A stretch of 53,232 nt of DNA from the NCBI GenBank assembly GCA_019510335.1, contig JAEKKO010000106.1, positions 1 to 53,232 of the forward strand. The letters run 5' to 3'. Below the pieces are notes generated by a model. It ran no database searches. It worked only from the letters and a program-made list of their open reading frames with translations, and had not been told where the DNA came from. Every line of letters begins with the position of its first letter. The stretch's first letter is position 1. This stretch comes from Novosphingobium sp. (GTDB lineage: Bacteria > Pseudomonadota > Alphaproteobacteria > Sphingomonadales > Sphingomonadaceae). Below are positions 40,895 to 49,841 of this stretch, in pieces. Position numbers and translations under genes: made by a program.

Positions 40895-42880
40895 ATGGCC
40901 GTCGACATCGAATCCCGCCGCAAGCGCATGGTCGACCGCCAGGTCGTCGCCCGCGGGATCCGCGACCCGGTCCTGCTCGAAGCCATGCGCATGGTCCCGC
41001 GCGAGGCGTTCGTGCCCGAGAACCTCGCCGAGTTCGCCTACGACGACAGCCCCCTGCCGATCGCCGAAGGTCAGACGATCTCGCAGCCGTTCATCGTCGC
41101 GACGATGATCGAGGCGGCCGAAGTCGGCCCCGGCGACAAGGTGCTCGAGGTCGGCGCCGGCTCGGGCTACGCCGCTGCGGTGCTGTCGCGGATCGCGGGT
41201 CGGGTGTTCGGGATCGAGCGCCACCGCAGCCTCGCCGAAGCGGCCGAGAAGCGGCTGGCGCGGCTCGGCTACGACAACGTCACGATCATCGCTGGAGACG
41301 GCAGCGGCGGGCTCCCCGACGAGGCGCCGTTCGATGCGATCCTGGTCGCGGCGCGCGGGGCCGAGGTGCCCGAAGCGCTGAAGCGCCAGCTCAAGGTCGG
41401 CGGGCGGCTGGTGATCCCCGTCGGCGGCGAGGACGTCCAGGACTTGTGCCGGATCACGCGGATCAGCGAGACGCGGTGGGAGACCGACGATCTCGGGCCG
41501 GTGCGGTTCGTGCCGCTGATCGGAACTTACGGGTTGGCCGAGGACGGCAGCCGCGCCGCCAAGGATCACCGCCCGGCGCGGGACCTGCCGTTGCCCGAGC
41601 TGGTCGCGCGGCACGCCGAGCCGCTCCCCGAGATCGACCACCCGGGCTTCGCCGAGGCATTCGACCGCTTCGCCGACCATCGCATCGTCATGCTCGGCGA
41701 GGCCAGCCACGGCACACACGAGTTCTACGCCGCCCGCGCCGCGATCACCCGCCGCTTCGTCGAGCGGCACGGTTTCACCATCATCGCGGTCGAAGCGGAC
41801 TGGCCCGATGCCGCGGCGATCGACCGGTACATCGGACACGGCCCTGCCCGGCCCGGCGCACCGCCGTCGTTCCAGCGGTTCCCGACGTGGATGTGGCGCA
41901 ACACCGTGGTCGCGCAGCTCGCCGACGATTTGCGCGCCTACAATGCCAAGCTGGCCGGGCCGGCGCGGCGGGTCGGCTTTTATGGGCTCGATATCTACAA
42001 CATGTCGGGCTCGATCAGCGCGGTCCTCGCCTATCTCGACCAGACCGATCCCGAGGCCGCCAAAGTCGCGCGCGAGCGCTACGGCTGCCTGACCCCATGG
42101 CAGGCCGAGCCCTCGGTCTATGGCCGGGTGGCGCTGTCGCGCGGCTATGCCGAGTGCGAGCAGGCGGTGGTCGCGCAATGCCGCGAGCTGCTCGAACGCG
42201 CCCTGGCCGAGCGCGACGATGGCGACGGGCTGCTCGACGCGGCGATGAACGCGCGGCTGGTCGCCTCGGCCGAGCGCTACTACCGGATCATGTACTACGG
42301 AGGCGCGGAAAGCTGGAACTTGCGCGACAGCCACATGGCCGAAACGCTCGAATACCTGCTCGACGCCAAAGGGCCCGACGCCAAGGCGCTGGTCTGGGCG
42401 CACAACAGCCACATCGGCGATGCCCGCGCGACCGACATGGGCGCGGCTCGCGGCGAGCACAACATCGGCCAGCTGATCCGCGAGAAGTTCGCCGACGAGG
42501 TCGCGCTGATCGGCTTCGGCACCCACACCGGCACCGTCACGTGCGCGACCGACTGGGACGGCCACACCGAGACCAAGCGGGTCCTGCCCTCGCGCCGCGA
42601 CAGCTACGAGCGGGTCTGTCACGACACCGGGATGCCGCGCTTCGTGCTGCGCCCCGCCGCCGACGAGGCGCTGCGCCGGCGCCTCGCCGAGCCGCTGCTC
42701 GAGCGCTTCATCGGGGTGATCTACCGACCGGAGACCGAGCGCTGGAGCCACTATAGCGAGGCCGTGCTGCCCGCCCAGTTCGACGCTTACGTGTGGTTCG
42801 ACGAGACCCGGGCGGTGACCCCGCTGGCCGAAGAGCACCTGCCCGGGCACGTTCCGGACACCTATCCGTTCGGCCTGTAG
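40895..42880 (+). CDS. Protein-L-isoaspartate O-methyltransferase fused to an erythromycin esterase-family domain
   Basis: N-terminal VPREAF, GQTISQP, VLEVGAGSGY, APFDAI, VRFVPL; C-terminal LGEASHGTHE, VEADWPD, FYGLD, WNLRD, WAHNSH, ERFIGVIY, QFDAYVWF. Confidence 0.9.
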   Translation: MAVDIESRRKRMVDRQVVARGIRDPVLLEAMRMVPREAFVPENLAEFAYDDSPLPIAEGQTISQPFIVATMIEAAEVGPGDKVLEVGAGSGYAAAVLSRIAGRVFGIERHRSLAEAAEKRLARLGYDNVTIIAGDGSGGLPDEAPFDAILVAARGAEVPEALKRQLKVGGRLVIPVGGEDVQDLCRITRISETRWETDDLGPVRFVPLIGTYGLAEDGSRAAKDHRPARDLPLPELVARHAEPLPEIDHPGFAEAFDRFADHRIVMLGEASHGTHEFYAARAAITRRFVERHGFTIIAVEADWPDAAAIDRYIGHGPARPGAPPSFQRFPTWMWRNTVVAQLADDLRAYNAKLAGPARRVGFYGLDIYNMSGSISAVLAYLDQTDPEAAKVARERYGCLTPWQAEPSVYGRVALSRGYAECEQAVVAQCRELLERALAERDDGDGLLDAAMNARLVASAERYYRIMYYGGAESWNLRDSHMAETLEYLLDAKGPDAKALVWAHNSHIGDARATDMGAARGEHNIGQLIREKFADEVALIGFGTHTGTVTCATDWDGHTETKRVLPSRRDSYERVCHDTGMPRFVLRPAADEALRRRLAEPLLERFIGVIYRPETERWSHYSEAVLPAQFDAYVWFDETRAVTPLAEEHLPGHVPDTYPFGL

Positions 42881-42986
42881 CGAGCGCTGGCGAACGCAAG
42901 CGAGATTGCATTTAATTCACTTGCGCGGCGGCGCGACGGGTCTAAGCGCCGCCCGCCCCGGCATCGCGCCGGAAAGGATGCACTCG

Positions 42987-44936
42987 ATGCAATCCATAGC
43001 GATTGCCGCACCTGCCGAAGCCGCCCCGGCGCTCCATCAGCACCACCACGCGAGTCCCAAGCTGGCGACGCTGACGATCGGCGCCATCGGCGTCGTCTTT
43101 GGAGACATCGGCACGAGCCCGCTTTACGCCTTCCGCGAGGCGCTCAACCAGACGGTCCACAACGGGGTGATCGCGCGCGGCGAGATCGTCGGCGTGATGA
43201 GCCTGATGCTGTGGGCGCTGATCCTCATCGTCACGCTCAAGTACGTCGTCCTGCTGATGCGCGCCGACAACGACGGCGAAGGCGGCGTGCTGGCGCTGCT
43301 CGCCCTTGCTCGCCGGGGCAGCATGCAGAAGGCCGGCGTAGTCGTCGCCCTTGGCGCGATCGGCGCGGCGCTGTTCTACGGCGACGCGGTGATCACGCCG
43401 TCGCTTTCGGTGCTCGCCGCAGTCGAAGGGCTGAAGACGCTGAAGGGCATCGGCCCGATCTTCACCGAAGAGCGGATCGTGATCATCGCGCTCGTCATCC
43501 TCGTCGGCCTGTTCTGGATCCAGGCGCGCGGCACCGCGACGGTGTCGAAGCTGTTCGGGCCGGTCTGCATCGTCTGGTTCCTGGCGATCGGCGCGTTGGG
43601 GCTGATGCACCTCGGCGACAGCCCGGCGATCCTCGTGGCGTTCCTGCCGTGGCACGGGGTTGTCTTCCTGACCCGCCACGGGGTGCTCGGCCTGTTCGTG
43701 CTCGGCGCGGTATTCCTGACGGTGACCGGGGCCGAGGCGCTCACCGCCGACATGGGCCACTTCGGCAAGCGCCCGATCCGGATCGCGTGGCTGGTGCTGG
43801 TGTTCCCCGCCCTCGCGCTCAACTACCTCGGCCAAGGCGCCTATGCGATGCACGTGCTGTCGCGCGACAACCAGCTCGGCAAGCCGTTCGAGAACCTCGA
43901 CTGGTTCTTCGTGACGATCCCCGAGCCGGTTCGCCTGCCGATGGTCCTGCTGGCCACGCTGGCGACCATCATCGCCAGCCAGGCGGTCATCACCGGGGCC
44001 TATTCGCTGACCCAGCAGGCGATCCAGCTCGGCCTGCTGCCGCGGCTGCACATCAAGCAGACCTCGGCCGGCCATGCCGGGCAGATCTACATGCCGATGG
44101 TCAACTGGAGCCTGCTGTTCGGAGTGGTGATGCTGGCGCTCGGCTTCCGCAGCTCGAGCGCAATGGCTTCGGCTTACGGCATCGCCGTCACCGGGACGAT
44201 GGTCGTCACCACCTGCCTCGCGTTCATGGTCACCCGGCGGCGCTGGCACTGGAGCCTGCCGGTGAGCATCGCCGTGATTGCGCCCTTCCTGATCGTCGAT
44301 TTGGTGTTCTTCGGCGCCAACATCCTGCGGGTGGTCGAGGGCGGCTGGGTGCCGCTGCTGATCGGCGCCGGCATGCTCGGCGTCATCTGGACGTGGATGC
44401 GCGGGCGGCGCTTCGTTAACGGTCTCGAAGCCGAGGGCGCGATTCCGCTGGCGGGGATCGCCGCCGCTCTCGCCAAGAGGCCGCCGGCACGGGTCCCCGG
44501 CACCGCGGTGTTCCTGACCGCCGACAACACCCTCACGCCGCACGCGCTGCTGCACAATCTCAAGCATAACCAGGTGCTGCACCGGCACAATTACGTGATG
44601 ACCGTGCGGACGCTGCAGAAGCCGTACGCCGATCCCGACGAGCGGCTCAAGGTGGAGCCGATTGACGACAATTTTGCCCGCGTCGAGCTGCGCTACGGGT
44701 TCATGGAGCAGCCGCTGGTGCGGGACGACCTGATCCGTTCGGGGGTGATCGCCGATGCCGCCAAGGCGAGCTTCTTCATTGGCCGCAACAACTACGCGTT
44801 CTCGGCCGAGGTCGGGATGCCGGTGTGGCAGGACGTGCTGTTCATCCTCCTGCATCGCAACGCCGCCGATCCGACCGACTACTTCAACATCCCGCCCAAC
44901 AAGGTGATCGAGCTCGGCGCGCAATACGCGATCTGA
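42987..44936 (+). CDS. kup: KUP/HAK/KT potassium transporter
   Basis: GVVFGDIGTSPLY, DGEGG, TGAEAL.ADMGHFG, GQIY, HNLKHNQVLH, YGFME. Confidence 0.95.
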   Translation: MQSIAIAAPAEAAPALHQHHHASPKLATLTIGAIGVVFGDIGTSPLYAFREALNQTVHNGVIARGEIVGVMSLMLWALILIVTLKYVVLLMRADNDGEGGVLALLALARRGSMQKAGVVVALGAIGAALFYGDAVITPSLSVLAAVEGLKTLKGIGPIFTEERIVIIALVILVGLFWIQARGTATVSKLFGPVCIVWFLAIGALGLMHLGDSPAILVAFLPWHGVVFLTRHGVLGLFVLGAVFLTVTGAEALTADMGHFGKRPIRIAWLVLVFPALALNYLGQGAYAMHVLSRDNQLGKPFENLDWFFVTIPEPVRLPMVLLATLATIIASQAVITGAYSLTQQAIQLGLLPRLHIKQTSAGHAGQIYMPMVNWSLLFGVVMLALGFRSSSAMASAYGIAVTGTMVVTTCLAFMVTRRRWHWSLPVSIAVIAPFLIVDLVFFGANILRVVEGGWVPLLIGAGMLGVIWTWMRGRRFVNGLEAEGAIPLAGIAAALAKRPPARVPGTAVFLTADNTLTPHALLHNLKHNQVLHRHNYVMTVRTLQKPYADPDERLKVEPIDDNFARVELRYGFMEQPLVRDDLIRSGVIADAAKASFFIGRNNYAFSAEVGMPVWQDVLFILLHRNAADPTDYFNIPPNKVIELGAQYAI

Positions 44937-45081
44937 TCAGGCGCTTTGATCCCGATCACGCTGTTCCCTGCGCGCCAGGTCCCTCACCGCAACTTTCTCA
45001 CGCTTCGTCGCTCGAATCTTCCGCAGGGGGGACCACATCGGTTAATCTTCGGCAAAGGTCGGTCGGGGTACAAAACGGGTC

Positions 45082-46104
45082 ATGCGGACGGGAATCAGGG
45101 CACGGGTCATCGGCCTGGCGGCAATTGTCGCAGGCGTTCTCACACCGGCAGCGGCAGGCGCAAGCGACCTCGAGCAGGCGTTCGACCAGACCTTCGGCGG
45201 CGAGCTGCGCGCACCGCAGGCGCCGAGCCCGTTTGAGCGCCAGCTTACTTCGCTGGCCGAGGCTTCCGAAGGGCGGATCGGCGTCGCCGCGCTCGACCTG
45301 TCGAGCGGGCAGAGCGTCCAAGTCCTTGGCGACCAGCCGTTCCCGCTCGCCTCGACCGGCAAAGTCGCGATCGTCGCGACGTTCCTCGACGGCGTCGACC
45401 ATGGCCGCTTCCAGCTTACCGACCAGTACCCGCTGATGTTGCCGATCCCGTCCAGGAAGTTCGCCGGTTCGAGCGCCCCGGTACGGCCGGGTGCGATGCT
45501 ACCGGCGCTCAACCTGATCGAGTTGGCGCTGACCCGCAGCGACAACCACGCAACCGACGGGCTGCTCGCCGCGATCGGCGGGCCGCAGGCGGTCGACCGG
45601 TGGCTGGCCAAGACCGGCAACAGCGGCATTCGGCTCGACCGCAACATCGCGACGCTGGTCCGCGACGACGGCGTGATCAACCCGGCCACCACCGTCGATG
45701 TGCGCGACAGCACCACCCCACTGGCGATGGTCCGGCTGCTCGCCGGGCTCTACCAGGGCGAATGGCTGACGCCGGCCAGCCGCGAAGTGCTGCTCGGCGC
45801 GATGAGCCGCTGCCAGACCGGTATCCGCCGGATGAAAGCCGGGATCCCCGAGGATTCGCTGGTCGGCCACAAGACCGGCACCCTCGCCAACACCTCGAGC
45901 GACGTGGGCATCATCCGCACCCCTGACGGCCGCACGGTCGCCCTGGCGATCTACGTCACCGGCCAGGGCGGCAAGCCGGGGCGCGAGGCGCGGATCGCCA
46001 ACATCGCCCACGCCGTGTGGCAAGGCTTCTCGCCGCAGGACGGCCTGTTGCTGCGCACCGCCGCCCGCGCCTCGACGCCCGAGCCGGCGCGGCCGCAGCT
46101 GTAA
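45082..46104 (+). CDS. Class A beta-lactamase-like serine hydrolase (no Glu166 equivalent)
   Basis: Signal peptide, FPLASTGK (SxxK), SDN, DSTTP, HKTGT. Confidence 0.85.
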   Translation: MRTGIRARVIGLAAIVAGVLTPAAAGASDLEQAFDQTFGGELRAPQAPSPFERQLTSLAEASEGRIGVAALDLSSGQSVQVLGDQPFPLASTGKVAIVATFLDGVDHGRFQLTDQYPLMLPIPSRKFAGSSAPVRPGAMLPALNLIELALTRSDNHATDGLLAAIGGPQAVDRWLAKTGNSGIRLDRNIATLVRDDGVINPATTVDVRDSTTPLAMVRLLAGLYQGEWLTPASREVLLGAMSRCQTGIRRMKAGIPEDSLVGHKTGTLANTSSDVGIIRTPDGRTVALAIYVTGQGGKPGREARIANIAHAVWQGFSPQDGLLLRTAARASTPEPARPQL

Positions 46105-46111
46105 GGCATCC

Positions 46112-46141
46112 GTTCACCTCCTCTTCAGACGAGGAGTGAAC
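46112..46141. terminator. Hairpin between convergent genes
   Basis: gttca-c-ctcctc...gaggag-tgaac. Confidence 0.45.
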
Positions 46142-46159
46142 TCGTCTCGCCGGCAAGTC

Positions 46160-48928
46160 TCAGAAGTCGACGCTGGCGCGGGCGTAGAGGAAGCGGCCGT
46201 TGAAGCCGAACGGCGAGAAGTTCGAATACGGCAGGAACTCCTGCGTCGCCGGATAAGCGCCGCCACCGACGCTCGCCGGACGTAGCCCGAACGGCACCCG
46301 ATCGGGGTAGACGTCGAACACGTTGTCGGCGCCGATGGCAAAGCTCAGCCGGTCTATCGGCTTGAACCGCAGCTCGAGATCGGTGATCCATTTGGCGCCG
46401 AGGAAGACATCGTCGGGGCCGTAGTCGGTCAGGCTCGTCGGATTGGCGACCGGAGCGACGGCTCCGGGGGAGACCACTTTGCCGTAGCGCGTCGTGCGCG
46501 CGGTGATCCCGAATCGTCCGACGTCGCCATCGAGGCTCAGCACGACCTTGTCGCGCGGCTGCCCCTGGGTGAAGCGGAGGCTTTCCTGGCGGCCGAACAG
46601 GACCAGGCCGGGAATCGTCGCCAGCGGGCCCAAGTCGTTGTGGTAGCGCAGGATCTTGGACTTGTTGTAGTTGTAGGCGGCGGTCAGGTTCCAGCGCCCC
46701 ATGTCGGCATCCAGCGGCAGGCGCCAGTTGAGCACCGCGTCAACGCCTTGGGTGCGCGTATCAAGGCCGTTGATGAAGAACCGCGCGGCGCCCACTGAAC
46801 TGAACCCGTTGGCGTCGAGCACCGCCTTGACCGCGGCGTTGACGGCCGCGGTGCCGCTGCCCGAGGCGCCGAGGTTCTCGGTGAGGACGATCCGGTCCTT
46901 GATCTTGATGTTGTAGTAATCGACCGTGAGCGTCAGCCCGTGCAGCGGATTGGCGGTGAACCCGGCCGAAAGATTGACCGACTTCTCCGGGCGCAGCGGC
47001 CGCGATCCCAGCGCGCGGGCGATCGGGCTGCTGACCGCGACGGTGCTGATGTCGACCAGCGTCCCCGAGATGATGTTGGTCGAAGTGGTGGTGAAGAACT
47101 GCTGGTGCAGCGATGGGGCGCGGAACCCGTTCGAGACCGAGCCGCGGATCGCAAAGCCGGGAATGAACTCGTAGCGGGCGGCGAACTTGCCCGTCACCGT
47201 ATTTCCAAAGTCGGAATAGTGCTCAAAGCGCCCGGCAAGGGTGGTGCTGAGGCCGGGGATGGGATCGGCGTCGACCTCGACGTATCCGGCAACGTTGTGC
47301 CGGTTGACGCTGGTCGCGCTCGCCGCGGGAATCCCGGGAAAGCCCTGTGCGCCGACCAGGGCCTGGCGCCCGGGGAAGCTGCACAAGCCCGTCGCCGCCG
47401 CGTAGACCCCGCTCTGCGCCACGCAACCCGCCGCCGTCGTCGCGACCGGGGCGCGGAAGTACGGCCCGGCGGCGTACGAGAAGACGTCTCCCGGCCGCTC
47501 GCCGAAGTGCTCGGCGCGGTATTCGGCGCCGAACGCCAGCGTCACGGGCTTGGCAAAGCCGACGTCGAATTCGCGGCTGAGGTCGAGGGTCGCGAGGTAC
47601 TGGCTGTAGCGCAACCCGCCGGCATCGAACGTCCGCGGCGAGGCCGGACCAAAGCTCGTGTTGAGCGAGTTCTGCACGGCGTAATCGAATGCGTTGTGGC
47701 CGTAGTTGAACGAGGTTTCCGCGTGCCACACGCCGGCCGTGGTCCGCAGCCCGAAGGTGAATGCGTAGTCGGTCAGGTTCGACTTGATGAACGGGAGGAA
47801 TCCGTCGGGCGTCAACGGCACGAAGTTCGCGCTGCTCGCCGCCACGTCGGGCGCGAGCACCGACCAGTCGCGGTTGTTGGCGCTGCTTTGCTGGCGGAAG
47901 TTCGCCGCGCTCAGCGAATCGCGCTGGTCGAAGCTGGCGCTGGCGAAGAACTCGAGCGAATCGCCGATCGGCACCCCCGAATTGAGGAACAGGATGTAAT
48001 CGTCGGCGATCGGGTCGCCGTAGCGGTACTCGAGGCGGTTGAACGTCAGCTCACGCGGATCAAACGGCGTGGCGGCGCTCGGCCGAAAGTAGTTCGGTCT
48101 CAGGTCGAAGCCCTGGCGATTGGTATAGCCGCGGTGCCGGTATTCCATCGTCAGGTTGATGAAACCGTCCTGGTTGCCGAAGAACGGCAACCCGACGTTG
48201 CCGGCGATGCTGTAGGTCTTGCCGTCGTGGACGTGGCGCTCGCCATTGACGTTGGCGAGGAAGTAGCGGTTGTCCGCCGGGTCCAGCAACGGCTGTCCGC
48301 CAGAGGTCTGCAGCCCCGTGACATTGGCGACGCCGTCGAGCCTGGTCACGTATTCGCCGTAACTTGCGGTGACCCGCCCGCCATGGTTGGCGCTCTTCAG
48401 ACGAATGTTGATGACCCCGGCAATCGCGTCGGAGCCGTACTGCGACGAGGCGCCGTCGCGCAGGATCTCGATCCGGTCGATCGCCAGCGCCGGGATGGTG
48501 TTCAGGTCGACCGCCGCCGCACCGCGCCCGACGGTGCCGTTGATGTTCAGCAGCGCCGAGACGTGACGGCGCTTGCCGTTGATCAGCACGAGCGTCTGGT
48601 CGGGTGAGAGCCCGCGCAGCGTCGCCGGCCGAACCGCGTCGGAACCGTCGGAGATCGCCGGCTGCGGGAAGTTGAACGAGGGGACGAGCTTGTTGAGAAT
48701 CTTGTTGGTTTCGGTCTGTCCGCCTTCGGTGATCGCCTGCGCCGACAGCACGTCGACCGGCACCGGCGAGTTCTCGACTGTGCGGTTGGCGGAGCGCGTG
48801 CCGGTGACGATGATGATGTTGGCATCGTTGACCGGCGCCTGAGGGGCGGCGTCCTGCGCGTGGGCGGCAGACGCAAGGGCGCCGAGCGACAAGGAAGCGA
48901 GCAGTGTGGTGCGAAACGTGGCTTGCAT
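46160..48928 (-). CDS. TonB-dependent receptor
   Basis: Signal peptide, IIVTGTR TonB box, plug LRGL.PDQTLVLINGKRR, RIEILRDGASSQYGSDAIAGVINI, terminal Phe. Confidence 0.95.
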   Translation of the reverse strand: MQATFRTTLLASLSLGALASAAHAQDAAPQAPVNDANIIIVTGTRSANRTVENSPVPVDVLSAQAITEGGQTETNKILNKLVPSFNFPQPAISDGSDAVRPATLRGLSPDQTLVLINGKRRHVSALLNINGTVGRGAAAVDLNTIPALAIDRIEILRDGASSQYGSDAIAGVINIRLKSANHGGRVTASYGEYVTRLDGVANVTGLQTSGGQPLLDPADNRYFLANVNGERHVHDGKTYSIAGNVGLPFFGNQDGFINLTMEYRHRGYTNRQGFDLRPNYFRPSAATPFDPRELTFNRLEYRYGDPIADDYILFLNSGVPIGDSLEFFASASFDQRDSLSAANFRQQSSANNRDWSVLAPDVAASSANFVPLTPDGFLPFIKSNLTDYAFTFGLRTTAGVWHAETSFNYGHNAFDYAVQNSLNTSFGPASPRTFDAGGLRYSQYLATLDLSREFDVGFAKPVTLAFGAEYRAEHFGERPGDVFSYAAGPYFRAPVATTAAGCVAQSGVYAAATGLCSFPGRQALVGAQGFPGIPAASATSVNRHNVAGYVEVDADPIPGLSTTLAGRFEHYSDFGNTVTGKFAARYEFIPGFAIRGSVSNGFRAPSLHQQFFTTTSTNIISGTLVDISTVAVSSPIARALGSRPLRPEKSVNLSAGFTANPLHGLTLTVDYYNIKIKDRIVLTENLGASGSGTAAVNAAVKAVLDANGFSSVGAARFFINGLDTRTQGVDAVLNWRLPLDADMGRWNLTAAYNYNKSKILRYHNDLGPLATIPGLVLFGRQESLRFTQGQPRDKVVLSLDGDVGRFGITARTTRYGKVVSPGAVAPVANPTSLTDYGPDDVFLGAKWITDLELRFKPIDRLSFAIGADNVFDVYPDRVPFGLRPASVGGGAYPATQEFLPYSNFSPFGFNGRFLYARASVDF

Positions 48929-49107
48929 GGCGATGGACCCCCGGTCGAAGCGCCACCGCACGGCCGTGCTGCAGCACTATGGACAAGCTTATCGCCGGTA
49001 ACGGAACGCGCAACGGATGCTCGCTACACCCGCCTCAATTCATTGAGCCACTGTAACAAAGTTGCCGCACCATGTTTTGCCACGACCGCTCGAGGCGCGG
49101 AGCAAAA

Positions 49108-49146
49108 CAAAAGGGCGCGCGAGGCAGATCCTCGCGCGCCCTTCTT
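49108..49146. terminator. Intrinsic terminator downstream of the small lipoprotein gene (bidirectional form)
   Basis: aagggcgcgcgagg-cagat-cctcgcgcgccctt flanked by A-rich and T-rich tracts. Confidence 0.85.
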
Positions 49147-49170
49147 TGAAATCTTGCCGTGAGGCGAAGA

Positions 49171-49455
49171 TTACATCTTGGCAGCCGGGCTCGAAGCAGC
49201 GGCAGCGGCGTCCGAAGCGGCGCCGGCAGCGGCCGAAGCAGCGCCCGAAGCGGTTGTCGCACCGGCGTTGCTGGCGGCAGCAGCGGCTTCCGTAGCGGCC
49301 ATCGAAGCCGAACCGGCAGCTTCCGTCGCGCTCATCGCGGCGTCGGTAGCAGCGGACTCAGCAGTCGTCGCAGCGGCGTCTTCGGTCTTCTGAGAGCACG
49401 CCGAAAGGGCGAGGGCGGCGCCAGCGGCCGCAGCAGCGAGAACGATCTTGCGCAT
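49171..49455 (-). CDS. Small Ala/Ser/Thr-rich lipoprotein
   Basis: AAGGGA RBS, MRKIVL..., lipobox LSAC, low-complexity body, own terminator. Confidence 0.8.
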   Translation of the reverse strand: MRKIVLAAAAAGAALALSACSQKTEDAAATTAESAATDAAMSATEAAGSASMAATEAAAAASNAGATTASGAASAAAGAASDAAAAASSPAAKM

Positions 49456-49841
49456 GAATGGTAATCCCTTGAACAGCGAGTGGACCACGCACGGCTCGAT
49501 ATCCCCAGGGATCGCGCCGCGCGGAAAGCCTACCGTTACAGTAGACTTCGCGCGTCAATTATCCGCGTTGGCGCGGTGATGCAAGCGCTAGTCGCCGCTG
49601 CGCACGACGAGCGGATGGTTTCGCTGCGATAAGCCCGAATCTTGCGCGGCAATTATGGCAGCGTTGTGACCGCCGCAAATGCTCTTCGCGGCGCGTCAAG
49701 ACCGCTCAAAAGCGGAGTTGCTGCGGGGCTAATCTAAGCCGGTGCCAGCCAGGTCTGGGCGAGTTCGCTCGCCGTCCTGTTTGGCCGACGCAGCGATTTC
49801 CGCGGCTGACGCACTCCCGCGGCGCTGCTAGGAGCGGCACC

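Noticed and set aside
41600-42880. Macrolide resistance gene (ere)
   Set aside because: Family-level similarity only; fused to PIMT in a non-mobile chromosomal context.
49051-49068. Pho-box-like ctgtaac-aaag-ttgccgc upstream of the TonB receptor
   Set aside because: Second half-site is poor and it points away from the receptor gene; not supportable.
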